This document shows, piece after piece, positions 47,290-59,217 of a stretch of DNA of 64,000 nt. A model generated the notes under the pieces. That model was not told the origin of the DNA and did no database searches. It saw nothing but the letters and a program-made list of their open reading frames with translations. The number at the start of each line of letters is the position of its first letter. Position 1 is the stretch's first letter. This DNA comes from a candidate division FCPU426 bacterium. GTDB taxonomy: Bacteria; Oederibacteriota; Muellerivitia; Muellerivitales; Muellerivitaceae. The position numbers and the translations under genes were made by a program. Location of the stretch: NCBI GenBank assembly GCA_963771075.1, contig CAVYSE010000017.1, positions 104,021-168,020 of the forward strand. Reading direction: 5' to 3'.

Positions 47290-48389
47290 TTATCCCACTT
47301 TCGCCGGGTGTCCTTTTTTCTCATATTGTAAAATAAAGTTTTCCACCAGTTCATGGGCCTCTGAATCGGAATACTGAACTGGCGGTGTTTTGAAAAAATA
47401 GGCGGAAGGCCCCTCTATTGGCCCTGAAAGTTTATGGTCCAAGGCCAATTTGCAACAGCGAATAGCATCGATGCCCACCCCGGCGCTGTTGGGTGAATCC
47501 CAAACTTCCAATTTCAGTTCAATCGTCACGGGTACATCACCAAATTCCCTGCCTTCCAAGCGTATATGGGCCCATTTGCGGTCCTGCAGCCAGGGAACAT
47601 AATCGGAAGGGCCAATATATATATTTTCGGGTTCGATCGGATGGGACAACTGGCTGACGACCGCTCCGGTCTTAGATATCTTTTTTGATTCCAACCTCTC
47701 CCGTTCCAACATGTTCTTAAAATCCATGTTTCCGCCGAAATTCAGCTGACTGGTACGGTCAAGGATCACTCCCCGGTCGGAAAACATTTTGGCCAGGACA
47801 CGATGGGTGATGGTGGCTCCTACCTGGGCCTTAATGTCGTCCCCGAGAACGGGGACCCCGGCGTCGGCGAATTTTTTCGCCCAAGCGCTGTTGGAAGCGA
47901 TGAAAACCGGCATGCAATTGACCACGCCCACCCCGGCCTTCAGCGCCTCGTTCATATAAAAATGGGTGGCTTTCTCGCTGCCCACGGGCAGGTAATTGAC
48001 CAGCACGTCCGTGCGGGTTTCTTTCAGTATTTTCGCCACGTCCACGGGCTTTTCTTTGGATTCGATCACTATTTCCCGGTAATACTTTCCCAATCCATCC
48101 AAGGTATGGCCACGCTCCACCTTCACCCCAGCGCGGGCACATCGCTAAATTTGATCGTGTTGTTAATGGGCGCAAAAATAGCCTCGGAAAGGTCCTTCCC
48201 CACTTTGTTGGAATCCACATCAAAGGCGCAGGAAAATTCAATGTCGCCCACATGATATGAGCCTAAACGCACATGCATCAGACCCGGAACGAAACTCTCT
48301 TCCTCGGCGTCCCGGTAAAAACGCACACCTTGAACCAAGGAAGAGGCACAGCAACCCACTCCCACCAAGGCCACCCGAATCTTAGGCAT
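47290..48389 (-). pseudogene. ino1: Myo-inositol-1-phosphate synthase, frameshifted near 48128 (likely a sequencing error)
   Basis: [52 protein letters not shown] and VWDSPNSAG; one base is missing relative to the mirror copy. Confidence 0.9.
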
Positions 48390-48425
48390 AGTCGTCAAGC
48401 TCCTGAAAAAATGAATCCTTTTATC

Positions 48426-48439
48426 GGCCCCGAGGGGCC
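48426..48439. other. Mini-hairpin close to the symmetry axis of the giant palindrome
   Basis: GGCCCC-GA-GGGGCC inside the roughly 90-bp non-mirrored spacer. Confidence 0.7.
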
Positions 48440-48441
48440 TT

Positions 48442-49560
48442 TTGATGAACCCAAAAGACACGCTGTATAACCGTGTGGCTGTGGTAGGAGTGGGTTGCTG
48501 TGCCTCTTCCTTGGTTCAAGGTGTGCGTTTTTACCGGAATGCCGATGAAGAGAGTTTCGTTCCGGGTCTGATGCATGTGCGCTTAGGCTCATATCATGTG
48601 GGCGACATCGAATTTTCCTGCGCTTTTGATGTGGATTCCAACAAGGTGGGGAAGGACCTTTCCGAGGCTATCTTTGAGCCCATTAACAACACGTTCAAAT
48701 TCAGCGATGTGCCCGCGCTTGGGGTGAAGGTGGAGCGTGGCCATACCTTGGATGGATTGGGAAAGTATTACCGGGAAATAGTGGTCGAATCCAAAGAAAA
48801 GCCCGTGGACGTAGCCAAAATATTGAAAGAAACCCGCACGGACGTGCTGGTCAATTACCTGCCCGTGGGCAGCGAGAAAGCCACCCATTTTTATATGAAC
48901 GAGGCGCTGAAGGCCGGGGTAGGCGTGGTCAATTGCATGCCGGTTTTCATCGCTTCCAACAGCGCTTGGGCCAAAAAATTCGCCGACGCCGGGGTCCCCG
49001 TTCTCGGGGATGACATTAAGGCCCAGGTAGGCGCGACCATTACCCATCGTGTCCTGGCCAAAATGTTCTCCGACCGGGGAGTGATCCTCGACCGTACCAG
49101 TCAGCTGAATTTCGGCGGAAACATGGATTTTAAGAACATGTTGGAACGGGAGAGGTTGGAATCAAAAAAGATATCTAAAACCGGAGCGGTCGTCAGCCAG
49201 TTGTCCCACCCGATAGAACCCGAAAATATATATATTGGTCCTTCCGATTATGTTCCCTGGCTGCAGGACCGTAAGTGGGCCCATATACGCTTGGAAGGCA
49301 GGGAATTTGGTGATGTACCCGTGACGATTGAACTGAAACTGGAAGTTTGGGATTCACCCAACAGCGCCGGGGTGGGCATCGATGCTATTCGCTGTTGCAA
49401 ATTGGCTTTGGACCATAAACTTTCAGGGCCAATAGAGGGGCCTTCCGCCTATTTTTTCAAAACACCGCCAGTTCAGTATTCCGATTCAGAGGCCCATGAA
49501 CTGGTGGAAAACTTTATTTTACAATATGAGAAAAAAGGACACCCGGCGAAAGTGGGATAA
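48442..49560 (+). CDS. ino1: Myo-inositol-1-phosphate synthase, mirror copy lacking the authentic start
   Basis: Intact frame from [10 protein letters not shown] onward; the N-terminal [10 protein letters not shown] derives from spacer sequence. Confidence 0.85.
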   Translation: MMNPKDTLYNRVAVVGVGCCASSLVQGVRFYRNADEESFVPGLMHVRLGSYHVGDIEFSCAFDVDSNKVGKDLSEAIFEPINNTFKFSDVPALGVKVERGHTLDGLGKYYREIVVESKEKPVDVAKILKETRTDVLVNYLPVGSEKATHFYMNEALKAGVGVVNCMPVFIASNSAWAKKFADAGVPVLGDDIKAQVGATITHRVLAKMFSDRGVILDRTSQLNFGGNMDFKNMLERERLESKKISKTGAVVSQLSHPIEPENIYIGPSDYVPWLQDRKWAHIRLEGREFGDVPVTIELKLEVWDSPNSAGVGIDAIRCCKLALDHKLSGPIEGPSAYFFKTPPVQYSDSEAHELVENFILQYEKKGHPAKVG

Positions 49561-49596
49561 ATAAAAAGTTACCTTTAGGGTTGGAGATCCTGAATT

Positions 49597-50226
49597 TTAA
49601 TTGGCTGTCCAGACGATGTCGTCGAGGGTTACGACATTGCCGTTTGAAGGGGCTGAAGTGGTTTGCCAGGAAATCTCAAAAGGCGTATCAATGCTTTGCG
49701 CTTCGTAATCAGGGGTGAAGGTCGAAAAGGGCAAGGAAACGTGTGTGAATGAAGTTGTACTCAAAGAATTTATGAAGTTTGGGTTAAACGTAACCGCACC
49801 ATTATCGCTGTTTGCCTGAAGAAGATACTCCACATACAACAAGGTGAAAAGAGAGGGCGGTTGTTCCAACCGAATATCGAATTGCAAATGGCCCTTGGCA
49901 TAATAGGAAGAGGGATTCGAAGGGGTTGAAGCGGAATAAAAATAAAAGCCATGAGTATAGGTCGTGGAAAGAAGAAGGGTATTTGTATCGCCGGAAATAT
50001 TATCCGTTGCCGATGAAATAGAACTGGTTGAGGGGCAACATCCACCACTGTTTCCGGTTAAAACATTTCCAAACCAAAAACCGATGGTGCCATTACTCCA
50101 GATTGTTTGAGGGGGCCAAGTCGGGTTTGGAACGGGGGTTGTGTTGATGCGGGTACAGCCGACGAATAAAGAAATCAGTGAGACTAAAAAAATTGGGATA
50201 TAGCTTAAAAAGGTTTTGAACTTCAT
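49597..50226 (-). CDS. Lipoprotein, mirror copy of 46624..47253
   Basis: Same 209-aa length with several substitutions; LFVG-C lipobox-like motif. Confidence 0.65.
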   Translation of the reverse strand: MKFKTFLSYIPIFLVSLISLFVGCTRINTTPVPNPTWPPQTIWSNGTIGFWFGNVLTGNSGGCCPSTSSISSATDNISGDTNTLLLSTTYTHGFYFYSASTPSNPSSYYAKGHLQFDIRLEQPPSLFTLLYVEYLLQANSDNGAVTFNPNFINSLSTTSFTHVSLPFSTFTPDYEAQSIDTPFEISWQTTSAPSNGNVVTLDDIVWTAN

Positions 50227-50582
50227 TCAGGTCTCCGTTCGAGGACTCTACAACCACAACGGAAAGCATTATAGAATTCTTTTAAGATGATTCAGCTAGC
50301 ATTTTCCTTCAAACGCTCAATTTGTTTATTAAAAAGGTTGAAAAAACCGACTTTAATAAGGGACCTAAAATGATTTGTGGGGGAAAAGAGGTTGTTATTT
50401 AAAAAAACACACACAAGAAATCGTTTAATTAAAGAAGCTGAACAACTATTTCATGAATATAAAATTGGCTTATAAAATTAGCATCTTAAATATTTTTCAA
50501 AAAGGCCGGGTTGCTCGTTAAAATCGATTGATAAAAAATGTTGTCCTGTCCCACCAAATCAAATAACTGAGATAGAATTACT

Positions 50583-53500
50583 TTGTCTCGCCGTTGCCAT
50601 GGATTTCAGACCTGTAAAGTTTTGGAGGATATTTTGAGATTTTCATCTGAGCTTTGTTCCCTAATAAATCCATTCATTAGGCTTTCGTTAAATCGATTTA
50701 ATAGCCGTTTAATCGCTCTTCTTGTGAGCTTCGGTCTATTGGTTTTATCCCAACCAACCCAAGCAGCCCCCCCCCAACTGAAAATTAATGGTAGCGCAAT
50801 CGTCAACGCGAGTAGCGGGTGCACAGTCCGTTTGAGGGGTGTGGACATCGATGGTCTCGAGTTTGGAGTCAATGACGCTAACCCATCTGGGATTCTCGCA
50901 ACCGCAACCGAGGCCATCGATACTTGGAAAAGTAATTTTATACGTTTGCCCTTGAACCAGGATCGATGGTTTTTTTATCCCGATAGTTATCCAGCCATGG
51001 TGGATCAATTGGTCAGTCTTTGCTCCTCACAAAATTGTTACATTATTCTCGATCTTCACTTTTCAGGCACCTCCAGTTCGGCGACTATTCCCCCAACGGG
51101 AGCGGGTTGGGGAACCGCAACAGGTCAGCAGGAGATGGCGGACTATAATGCTGTCACCTTTTGGAGTTCCGTGGCGGCCAGGTATGAGAACAATCCAGCG
51201 GTTTTCTTTGACCTTTACAACGAGCCCTACACCCTAGGAGCTAGTGCCTGGTACAGCGGCGGGTCGGCGGGTTCGTTCAATACTCCTGGTATGAACGCTT
51301 TACTAACCGCAGTGCGTAATACAGGTGCCAACAATATTTGTATTGCCGGGGGTCTCAATTGGTGCAACGATTTAGCAAGCATTTTGCCCAACTACGAACT
51401 TTCGACCACGAGTGGAAATGGGGTTTTGTACGACTGCCATATTTATTCTAATAATGCGAATCAAACGGTTAACGTATCTACAACCACTTATCCCGTGATG
51501 GTTGGCGAGTTCGGGCCCTGCGCTACTTGCGGGACCGCTGCGTTCACACAAAATTTTATTTCAAGTGTTCTTGATCCAGGAAATTTAAGCTGGACAGCTT
51601 GGAACATGTCAGTGACCAATTCCCCTCCCTTGCTCTCGAGTTGGACGGGCTACAGTCCCACGTCTTATCACGGACAGTATGTCTATAATTCTTTGACGGG
51701 TACGGCGAATCCATCCTGCGATTCCGCCATAGGCGGGGCGACCTATACCCCCACTCCCGTTCCCACCGAAGGAAATTGCTTCATGCTCTCCAATTTTTCA
51801 CAGAGCCCCTACACGAGCGCGCCCTACGCCACCAACAACTTAAACGGTTCTTGGTCGGCCTATAATTGGGAAAGTCTTGGAAGCGGCGCACCCGAAACAT
51901 CGAGCCCCATGTTGTCTTACGCCAGTTGTCCCGCTACTAATTTGTATTGCACGGCTTGCCTAAGCAGCGCCGTTGCGGGCCCAAATAGTGAAACTTATTC
52001 GGCTTTCGTAAGTGGCGGATATAGCGAGAACGGCACAAGCTCACCCGCAACTTATTGCGGTTTCGGCCTGCAAACCGATCTCCAGGTGGGTTATACCAAC
52101 CTGAATTGGGTGACGAATTTCGCGTTTTATGTCCGAACCACGGTGGCTCCCGTAACTCTCCGGTTCCAGCTCAACAACCCCTCGATCAACCAGGAGCCAA
52201 TTACTTGGCAAGGCCAGTATTTTGCGTGCGGGGGTAACGGGAACCAATACGGTCAAAATTTTGTTGTGAACCAGGCTAATACTTGGATTCTTGAGAGCTT
52301 TCCTATTAATGCAATGGAGTTTCAGGACTGGAATGGTGGCGATGGCGATTCACCGCCCCATAACAGCGCGGGGGTCACGATGTGGCTATCCCAGGCCATC
52401 ACCCAAGTGCTGGCCCTTCAATGGGAAACCCAAGGTGGACCTACGACCTTTGGCATGTATATCAACGACGTCTGCTTATCGGGTTCGACTCTGCCTATTA
52501 CGCCCACCCCTTCCGCTGTAGCAAAAACCTCAACCTTTACTCCCACTCGCACACCTACGGTGGCTTTAACCAATACCAATACAGTTACTACTACACGCAC
52601 CAACACCGCGTCTCCATCGCCTTCCCAAACTTCAACATCCTCCAACACGCCCACAAAATCCTCAACCCCATCCGTGACTGCCACTTTAACAGCGACTGTG
52701 GGCAATACTTTGACTTTTACAAGTAGTCCCACGAATACAATTACGCCTACTCCGACATATACAAGGACGATGACACCGACCGCGACACTCTCGAGTACGG
52801 GAACGGTGACTCCCACAGCTTCATCGACTTCAAGCCGCACATCAACTTCAACCTACACCTCGACTGCTACCTCTACCTCAACCCTATCCGGGACTCCCAC
52901 TGCGACCACTCAATTTTCAGCGACTAATACTTTATCTCCTACCGCGACTCCAACCCAAACAACGACTAAGACTTTGACCAGTACCTATACTGCCACGTCA
53001 ACCGGCACTTTCACGTCAACTATTACCTCTACTTCAACTAGTACAACGACAGCTACCCGTACCATGACTTCCACAATCACGGGAACACCCACCGCAACAT
53101 CTCCATTTACCTTAACCATTACCTTATCCCCAACGCTAACTTCGACCCCGACCTCCACCTTTACGACCACTGCGACTGCCACCCGCACTTCAACAGGAAC
53201 TTCCACCTTTACAGCGACTGCCACGGCGACATTTACGTCGACCCATACTTCGACCGCATCTTTCACGGGCACCTCGACTTCTACCTCAACCGCTACGCGC
53301 ACTTTGACTCCCACGAACACCCCGACCAATTCCGTTACGGGAACCCCGACCCAAACAGGCACCCCAACGGCCACATTTCCGTTAAGCCCAACGATCACTT
53401 TGTCCCCGACGGTGACCCTTACACCGACCATCACCGCCTCATTTACGCCGACAAATACATTAACCAGTACGGTTACGTTTACATCGACCCATACCCCCAC

Positions 53501-55055
53501 CCATACCTCAACGGCGACCTCTACTTCGACCGCTACCTACACATCGACGGTGACTAACACGCCGACTTCTTCTTTTACCTCGACCTCAACATCGACTTCG
53601 ACAGCGACCCGTACGATGACTCCCACGATCACTTCAACGTATACCATCACGGAAACGTCTACTGCTACTTTCCCCTTTAGTCCGACAATTACCTTATCCC
53701 CGACACTGACCTTGTCACCCACTGTAACTAATACACTCACATCCACGGCGACTTCTACTATTACGAGAACCCCCACTTTTACGTCCACTTTGACACCGAC
53801 CTTTACAGAGACCCATACCTTCACCGTAACGAATACTCCAACTATGACCAATACGTTTACGGAAACCCATACCACAACAGTTACCAACACACCCACCAAT
53901 ACCCAATCTCCAACATCGACCGATACATCTACAGCGACGGGTACGCCTTCCTCGACCGCTTCGTTTACCTTTACCTCAACGGTTACGTTTACACCGACGT
54001 CAACAGCCACTTCAACAGCGACCAACACGTCTACAGCCACTAGTACGATTACAGTAACCCCAACGAATACCGACACTCCAGTCTTCACCTATACTCATAC
54101 CTATACTTCAACGAATACTCCTACCGACACATCGACCACAACCTCCACTCAGACGGCGACATCAACACAAACTGCAACATCTACACCTACATCAGATGTT
54201 TTGAACTTGAGTTCCACTACATCAACGGTAAATACCCTCTCGGGAAGCTCTGGCGTCACGGTGGTGTCGGCCACCCTTACCAACACGACCAGCTTATCCG
54301 TGAACTTGACGAACGTGACTCTTGATGACATTGGAGGGAACGCAGCCAACATTACAAGTGTTAGCGTTTATGCCAATGGAATTTTCGAGGGATCCATAAC
54401 AGGATTTACGGGCAATACTGCGACGTTACCTTTGAATAACTTCCCGGTCACCTCTTCGCCTGTGAGTCTGCAATTCCAGGTGAATTTCAATAATTCGGCC
54501 ATCGGAACCTATCAGTTCTCAATCAGTGGTTTAACGGGGATAAGCTCCAATAACGGCGGCCAACCGGTGTCAATATCGGGTCTGCCCGTTTTGGGCAATA
54601 CCGTGAATTGCCAGCAAGCCACTTCAACCCCAACGAATACCTCTACCTTAACGTCTACCAATACTCAAACGATCACACCGACTCCATCCTTAACGGTCAC
54701 AGCCACGATTACCCCCACCTTAACCTTTACGGTAACCACCACCGGTACAATTACCGCCACCATTACCAATACCCCGGTTGCTTTAAGCGTTCCTGTGATA
54801 TACCCCAACCCGGCGGATGGTACAGCCCAGGTAGCTGTTCGTCCCCCGGTCTACACGGGCAATTCCGTAACCGTGGAAATCTACACAGTAGCTTACCGAA
54901 AAGTGTTTAAACACACGTATAGTAAGATGTATGGGGATGACCCGAAAATTTCCCTTGTTGATAATTGGAACAATCCGCTGGCGAGCGGTCTTTATTACGT
55001 CGTGGTGACCACCAACAGCGGCCATTCGGTTGGGAAAATGTTAGTCCTTCGATAA
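50583..55055 (+). CDS. GH5/CBM/Thr-rich secreted protein, mirror copy
   Basis: 1490 aa; near-identical to 41805..46277 except near the N-terminus. Confidence 0.88.
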   Translation: MSRRCHGFQTCKVLEDILRFSSELCSLINPFIRLSLNRFNSRLIALLVSFGLLVLSQPTQAAPPQLKINGSAIVNASSGCTVRLRGVDIDGLEFGVNDANPSGILATATEAIDTWKSNFIRLPLNQDRWFFYPDSYPAMVDQLVSLCSSQNCYIILDLHFSGTSSSATIPPTGAGWGTATGQQEMADYNAVTFWSSVAARYENNPAVFFDLYNEPYTLGASAWYSGGSAGSFNTPGMNALLTAVRNTGANNICIAGGLNWCNDLASILPNYELSTTSGNGVLYDCHIYSNNANQTVNVSTTTYPVMVGEFGPCATCGTAAFTQNFISSVLDPGNLSWTAWNMSVTNSPPLLSSWTGYSPTSYHGQYVYNSLTGTANPSCDSAIGGATYTPTPVPTEGNCFMLSNFSQSPYTSAPYATNNLNGSWSAYNWESLGSGAPETSSPMLSYASCPATNLYCTACLSSAVAGPNSETYSAFVSGGYSENGTSSPATYCGFGLQTDLQVGYTNLNWVTNFAFYVRTTVAPVTLRFQLNNPSINQEPITWQGQYFACGGNGNQYGQNFVVNQANTWILESFPINAMEFQDWNGGDGDSPPHNSAGVTMWLSQAITQVLALQWETQGGPTTFGMYINDVCLSGSTLPITPTPSAVAKTSTFTPTRTPTVALTNTNTVTTTRTNTASPSPSQTSTSSNTPTKSSTPSVTATLTATVGNTLTFTSSPTNTITPTPTYTRTMTPTATLSSTGTVTPTASSTSSRTSTSTYTSTATSTSTLSGTPTATTQFSATNTLSPTATPTQTTTKTLTSTYTATSTGTFTSTITSTSTSTTTATRTMTSTITGTPTATSPFTLTITLSPTLTSTPTSTFTTTATATRTSTGTSTFTATATATFTSTHTSTASFTGTSTSTSTATRTLTPTNTPTNSVTGTPTQTGTPTATFPLSPTITLSPTVTLTPTITASFTPTNTLTSTVTFTSTHTPTHTSTATSTSTATYTSTVTNTPTSSFTSTSTSTSTATRTMTPTITSTYTITETSTATFPFSPTITLSPTLTLSPTVTNTLTSTATSTITRTPTFTSTLTPTFTETHTFTVTNTPTMTNTFTETHTTTVTNTPTNTQSPTSTDTSTATGTPSSTASFTFTSTVTFTPTSTATSTATNTSTATSTITVTPTNTDTPVFTYTHTYTSTNTPTDTSTTTSTQTATSTQTATSTPTSDVLNLSSTTSTVNTLSGSSGVTVVSATLTNTTSLSVNLTNVTLDDIGGNAANITSVSVYANGIFEGSITGFTGNTATLPLNNFPVTSSPVSLQFQVNFNNSAIGTYQFSISGLTGISSNNGGQPVSISGLPVLGNTVNCQQATSTPTNTSTLTSTNTQTITPTPSLTVTATITPTLTFTVTTTGTITATITNTPVALSVPVIYPNPADGTAQVAVRPPVYTGNSVTVEIYTVAYRKVFKHTYSKMYGDDPKISLVDNWNNPLASGLYYVVVTTNSGHSVGKMLVLR

Positions 55056-55076
55056 ACAAGTAAAATCAAGCAACCG

Positions 55077-55110
55077 AAGGCCAGCCAAACAAGGCTGGCC
55101 TTTTTTATTT
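55077..55110 (+). terminator. Rho-independent terminator, mirror copy
   Basis: AAGGCCAGCC-aaacaa-GGCTGGCCTTTTTT. Confidence 0.85.
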
Positions 55111-55252
55111 AATTGGGGATTATCTTGTCGGCGGCCATTGATGGGCCCAAATCTTGGTTGAAGATTATCTTTCTTTCGCTGCTTTGAAACTTTTTAAATT
55201 GGATGGGTTATAATCCGAGGCCGATATTCTTCAGACTTTTTTGGATAAACCC

Positions 55253-56160
55253 ATGACTTTCCCTAAGCGTAATATTTTGATCGCCGCCTTCTTGACCTTT
55301 ATTTTTTCCTATCCCGGTTCGCTAAAAGCTTGGGGGGCGGTGGGCCACAAAACGATAGCCTGGATCGCCCAGGACCGTTTAAATCCCAAGGCCCGGAGGT
55401 CTGTCCGGGAATTGTTAGGCCAAGACCGAGATATGCCCTCGATTTCCACTTGGGCCGACGCCATTGTCCATGTAAGGCCGGAGACGGCTCCCTGGCATTA
55501 CTTGAATCTCGACGTTCGGGAGGGCCAGGGGCAATTCGACCTTGAAACCGCTTGCCGATATGAGGACTGCGTGGTGGAGCAGATTAATAAAGATGTTCAA
55601 ATCTTACGGGAACCTTTCGGTAAAAAAGGTGTTAAAAGGGAGGCCTTGAAGTTTTTGGTGCATTTTGTGGGCGATCTGCACCAGCCCCTGCATTGCGCCG
55701 ATGATAACGACCGGGGGGGAACGAGAAATGGTTTACGATCCCGTCTAAAAAAGGGAATAAGAAAATTTGGATATGTCTCCACAAGTACTGGGATGATCTT
55801 TTTGAAACACAACCCATTATCCATCCCCCGCATGCTGGCTCGGCGTATGATGATGGGTTTGAAACAACCAATACCCAATCCCCTCGAGAAATGGCCACCC
55901 GGCTGGAGTCCGGGATGGATCCGAACGACGAATCCAATTGGGTTGGGGGAACTCCCGAGCAATGGGCTTACGAGTCTTTTTTAATCGCTCAGAAAAACAT
56001 CTATGACGAGTTGCCGAGGGGACCCCTGCCGAAGAACCGCTGGGGTCGGGATTTGCCCGAGGATTATGAAAACGGCAAAATGAGATTTATCATGGAACAT
56101 CAGTTGGAAAAGGCGGGAGTAAGGCTGGCCTATCTTTTGAATGACGTTTTGGGCCAGTAA
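55253..56160 (+). pseudogene. S1/P1 nuclease, mirror copy with the same G7 frameshift (55713-55719)
   Basis: Both ORF fragments translate identically to the left-arm copy. Confidence 0.85.
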
Positions 56161-56259
56161 AAAGTGGTTTTGGCGAAAGGGACTAGTTTGTCCGGCGTTT
56201 GAGCGAAGCTGTATTGGCCTCCATAAATAAGTCGAAGGTCCGATGGGTTACGGAGAATT

Positions 56260-57483
56260 ATGTTGAAAGTCGACCTTGCCATTTTAAAAGCCACTCTTTA
56301 CGACGGGGTCCATGATCAACCGATTTTGGAATCGGTCCTGTTGGTTTTCCGTGGGAAAATAATCTACGCCGGGCCTTCGTCAAAAGCTCCGTTGTTCGAG
56401 GCATTAGAAGAAATTCCGGGAAAGGGTCAATTTCTATTGCCTGGGTTAATTGATCTACATGTTCATGCCTTGGTCAATGAGAAAGTTCTCGCCAGCTTTT
56501 TACGGAATGGAGTTACCACGGCCCGTGATTTGGCCAGCGACGCGAATACGGCCTTGGAATGGAAGGCGAAGGAACGATCCGGACGTGTTGTATCTCCCCG
56601 GTTGTTCACTTCGGGACCGGTCCTGACTTGTCCGGGAGGCTATCCCGAGAACGTGTGGGGCCCGAGTGTTGCCTTTACGATTAAAGGTCGTTATCAAGCT
56701 CAGGACCGGGTCCAAAAGCTGTCCGGACTCGGAATGGACGTCATTAAAATCGGTTTAGAACATGAACTAGGCCCTTGTCTTTCCAAGGCCGAAATGGATG
56801 GGATAGTTTCGGCCGCTCATGCACTTGGGATGCGTGTTACGGCCCATATCACCAATGAAATGGACTTTGAGCTTTGTGTGGCTCATGGGGTGGATGAATT
56901 GGCCCATATGCCCGCCCGGCCTGTTTCAGACGACCTTTGGAAAGAAGCGGTGAAAAAGAAAATTATAATCCTACCGACATTGCACGCGCACGAAGGATGG
57001 GCGCAAGAATGGAAAAGACGTTTGGATCATCCCTTCGGCCAGTTTTGCCGGCATGGTTTTCGGGAAGGGCATTACCACAGCATGCAGAACCTAGAACGAT
57101 ACCTTTCACTAGGCGGGAGGGTGGCCTACGGAACCGACGCAGGTAATCCCCATATGCCTTATGGAGTTTCCACACAGGAGTGGAAGGATCTTCAAGAGAC
57201 CGGGATGACGCCTGCACAATGCTTGAGAATGGCCACTTCGGAAGCGGCGAAGGTATTGAATGAAGATTCCATTGGATCATTAGAGAAGGGGAAGTGGGCT
57301 GACTTTGCACTTTACCAGTTTGATCCCTTGGTCAATCCGGAAAATTTTCGCACCTTAAAGTCGATCTTCAAGGGCGGACGGGGAATTAAGAAAGGACATT
57401 TAGAATATCCAAAACCCTTTGATCTTGACTTTTGGATTGGCCAATGGGAAAAGACAAGGTTCCAAAAGGGCTGGTCTGATTGA
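56260..57483 (+). CDS. Amidohydrolase, mirror copy
   Basis: 407 aa; one visible difference (GIKKG vs GIRKG). Confidence 0.9.
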   Translation: MLKVDLAILKATLYDGVHDQPILESVLLVFRGKIIYAGPSSKAPLFEALEEIPGKGQFLLPGLIDLHVHALVNEKVLASFLRNGVTTARDLASDANTALEWKAKERSGRVVSPRLFTSGPVLTCPGGYPENVWGPSVAFTIKGRYQAQDRVQKLSGLGMDVIKIGLEHELGPCLSKAEMDGIVSAAHALGMRVTAHITNEMDFELCVAHGVDELAHMPARPVSDDLWKEAVKKKIIILPTLHAHEGWAQEWKRRLDHPFGQFCRHGFREGHYHSMQNLERYLSLGGRVAYGTDAGNPHMPYGVSTQEWKDLQETGMTPAQCLRMATSEAAKVLNEDSIGSLEKGKWADFALYQFDPLVNPENFRTLKSIFKGGRGIKKGHLEYPKPFDLDFWIGQWEKTRFQKGWSD

Positions 57484-57578
57484 AAGAACTTTATAAATGT
57501 TAATAAAAGAGCAAGTTAATGAAATTCCTCTAATTCTGCTAAAAAAGGTATAATTCTTGCGCAGTTACCTCCTACCGG

Positions 57579-59118
57579 GTGGCATGGAATATGCGCCAAA
57601 ATTTCGGAATGCATCAGCGCATGCAACAGCGCATGATCATGACGCCCATGTTGCAGCAGGCCATGAAGATCCTTCAGCTGTCCACCCTGGAACTGAAGGA
57701 GTGGGTCGAGAAGGAAATGATGGAAAATCCGGTTCTGGAGGAGGAACAAGAGGAAGCCCCTGCTGAAACGGCCGACGATAAGACCGTTTCTCCCGCCCCT
57801 CCCGCCGACGCCTCCCAGGAAACCAACACCGCCGAAGCCGAATTGCTCGAAAGACTTCAACAACGATCCACGAATGATGTGGTGGAGCACTTGAAAGAAG
57901 GGGATCATTTCGACATCGAGGCCTGGGCCCTCATGGGGCAGGGCGACGATTATGAGGGTGGTCCCGGAAATTATGGGGGTTCGGAAGACTCGGGGGCGGA
58001 GCAAGAAAAAAGGGATTATGTCGAGGCATCCATCACCCGAATCCAAACACTCGCCGAAAGTTTGGAATGGCAGCTGTTGCTGGTAACCCAGGGGGACGAG
58101 GAACTGTCCCTAGGTAAGTTGCTCATTGGCAATCTGGATGAAAACGGTTATTTGACCGATACCCTCGAAAACATCTCTATCACTCAAGGAATTCCCCTGG
58201 ATAAACTTGAGAAATCCCTGGAAACGATCCAATCCTTCGAGCCGACTGGCGTGGGAGCGAGGAATCTAAGGGAATGTTTGCTTCTTCAATTGGAAAACAA
58301 GGTTGGGGAGATCGCTCAGAAAGCCTACCGGGTGGTTCATGATTTCTTCGATGATTTAGAAAAACGCCATTACCCAGCCCTTGCCAAGGGTTTGGAGTGC
58401 GCGGAAGAAGAATTAAGGCCCATTTTGGACTTTATCGCCACACTGGAACCCAAACCGGGCCGGTCTTTCCTGACCGAGGATACCAAGTACATTATTCCCG
58501 ACGTGAGCGTGCGTAAGATCGAGGGGGATTACGTGGTGGTTTTGAATGACGAGCCCGTGCCCAAACTGCGAATCTCAGGTTATTATCGCAAGCTTTTGAG
58601 GGACAAATCGGCACTGGGCGGCAAGGAAACAAAGAAGTTTCTTGAGACGAAGATTCAGTCCGCTCTTTGGCTCATTAAGAACATCGAGCAGAGGCGCAAG
58701 ACAATCTTCCGGGTCACGGAGGCTATTTTCCGCATTCAGCGGGAATTTCTGGAGTCGGGACTGGTTGGTTTGAAACCTCTGACCTTCAAACAGGTGGCGG
58801 ACATGATTGGCATGCACGAATCGACCGTGTCCCGGGTAACCACCCACAAGTATGTCCAGACCCCCAGGGGTTTGTTCGAATTGAAGTATTTTTTCACCAG
58901 CGGTTTGGAATCTTCCGACGGCATGGACATTTCCTCGTTGACGGTGAAAGAAAAAATCAAGGAACTGGTGTCCCAGGAACCCGCCCGCAAACCCTACTCG
59001 GATCAGAAGATCATGCAAATTCTCACTCATCGACGGCCTTTCCATTGCGCGTCGCACCATCGCCAAGTACCGCGAGGAACTGCGCATTCCTCCCGCCTCC
59101 CAGAGACGAAAACTGTGA
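57579..59118 (+). pseudogene. rpoN: Sigma-54, mirror copy; diverged in the 3' half and frameshifted near 59030 before the RpoN box
   Basis: Identical N-terminal protein half, then substitutions; ARRTIAKYRE is present in a shifted frame ending at the TGA at 59116-59118. Confidence 0.85.
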
Positions 59119-59148
59119 CAATTGCGGGATTTCTCTTTCCCCCTTCGA

Positions 59149-59176
59149 TTGACTTCCCTCGGTCGAATGTTAGAAT
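59149..59176 (+). promoter_or_regulatory. Sigma70-type promoter, diverged mirror copy
   Basis: TTGACT-16 bp-TAGAAT. Confidence 0.65.
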
Positions 59177-59217
59177 AAGCCCTCATTTTTAGGGGCTTCT
59201 GTCGCCTCTTCCCATTT

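Larger units (their letters stand above)
32882..48377. repeat. Left arm of a giant inverted repeat
   Basis: Every ORF has a mirrored counterpart; coordinate sums are 96850-96882 (e.g. 41805+55055, 39377+57483, 33024+63858). Confidence 0.98.

Noticed and set aside
48123..48135. Programmed frameshift in ino1
   Set aside because: The mirror copy is in frame and there is no slippery site; a single-base error is simpler.
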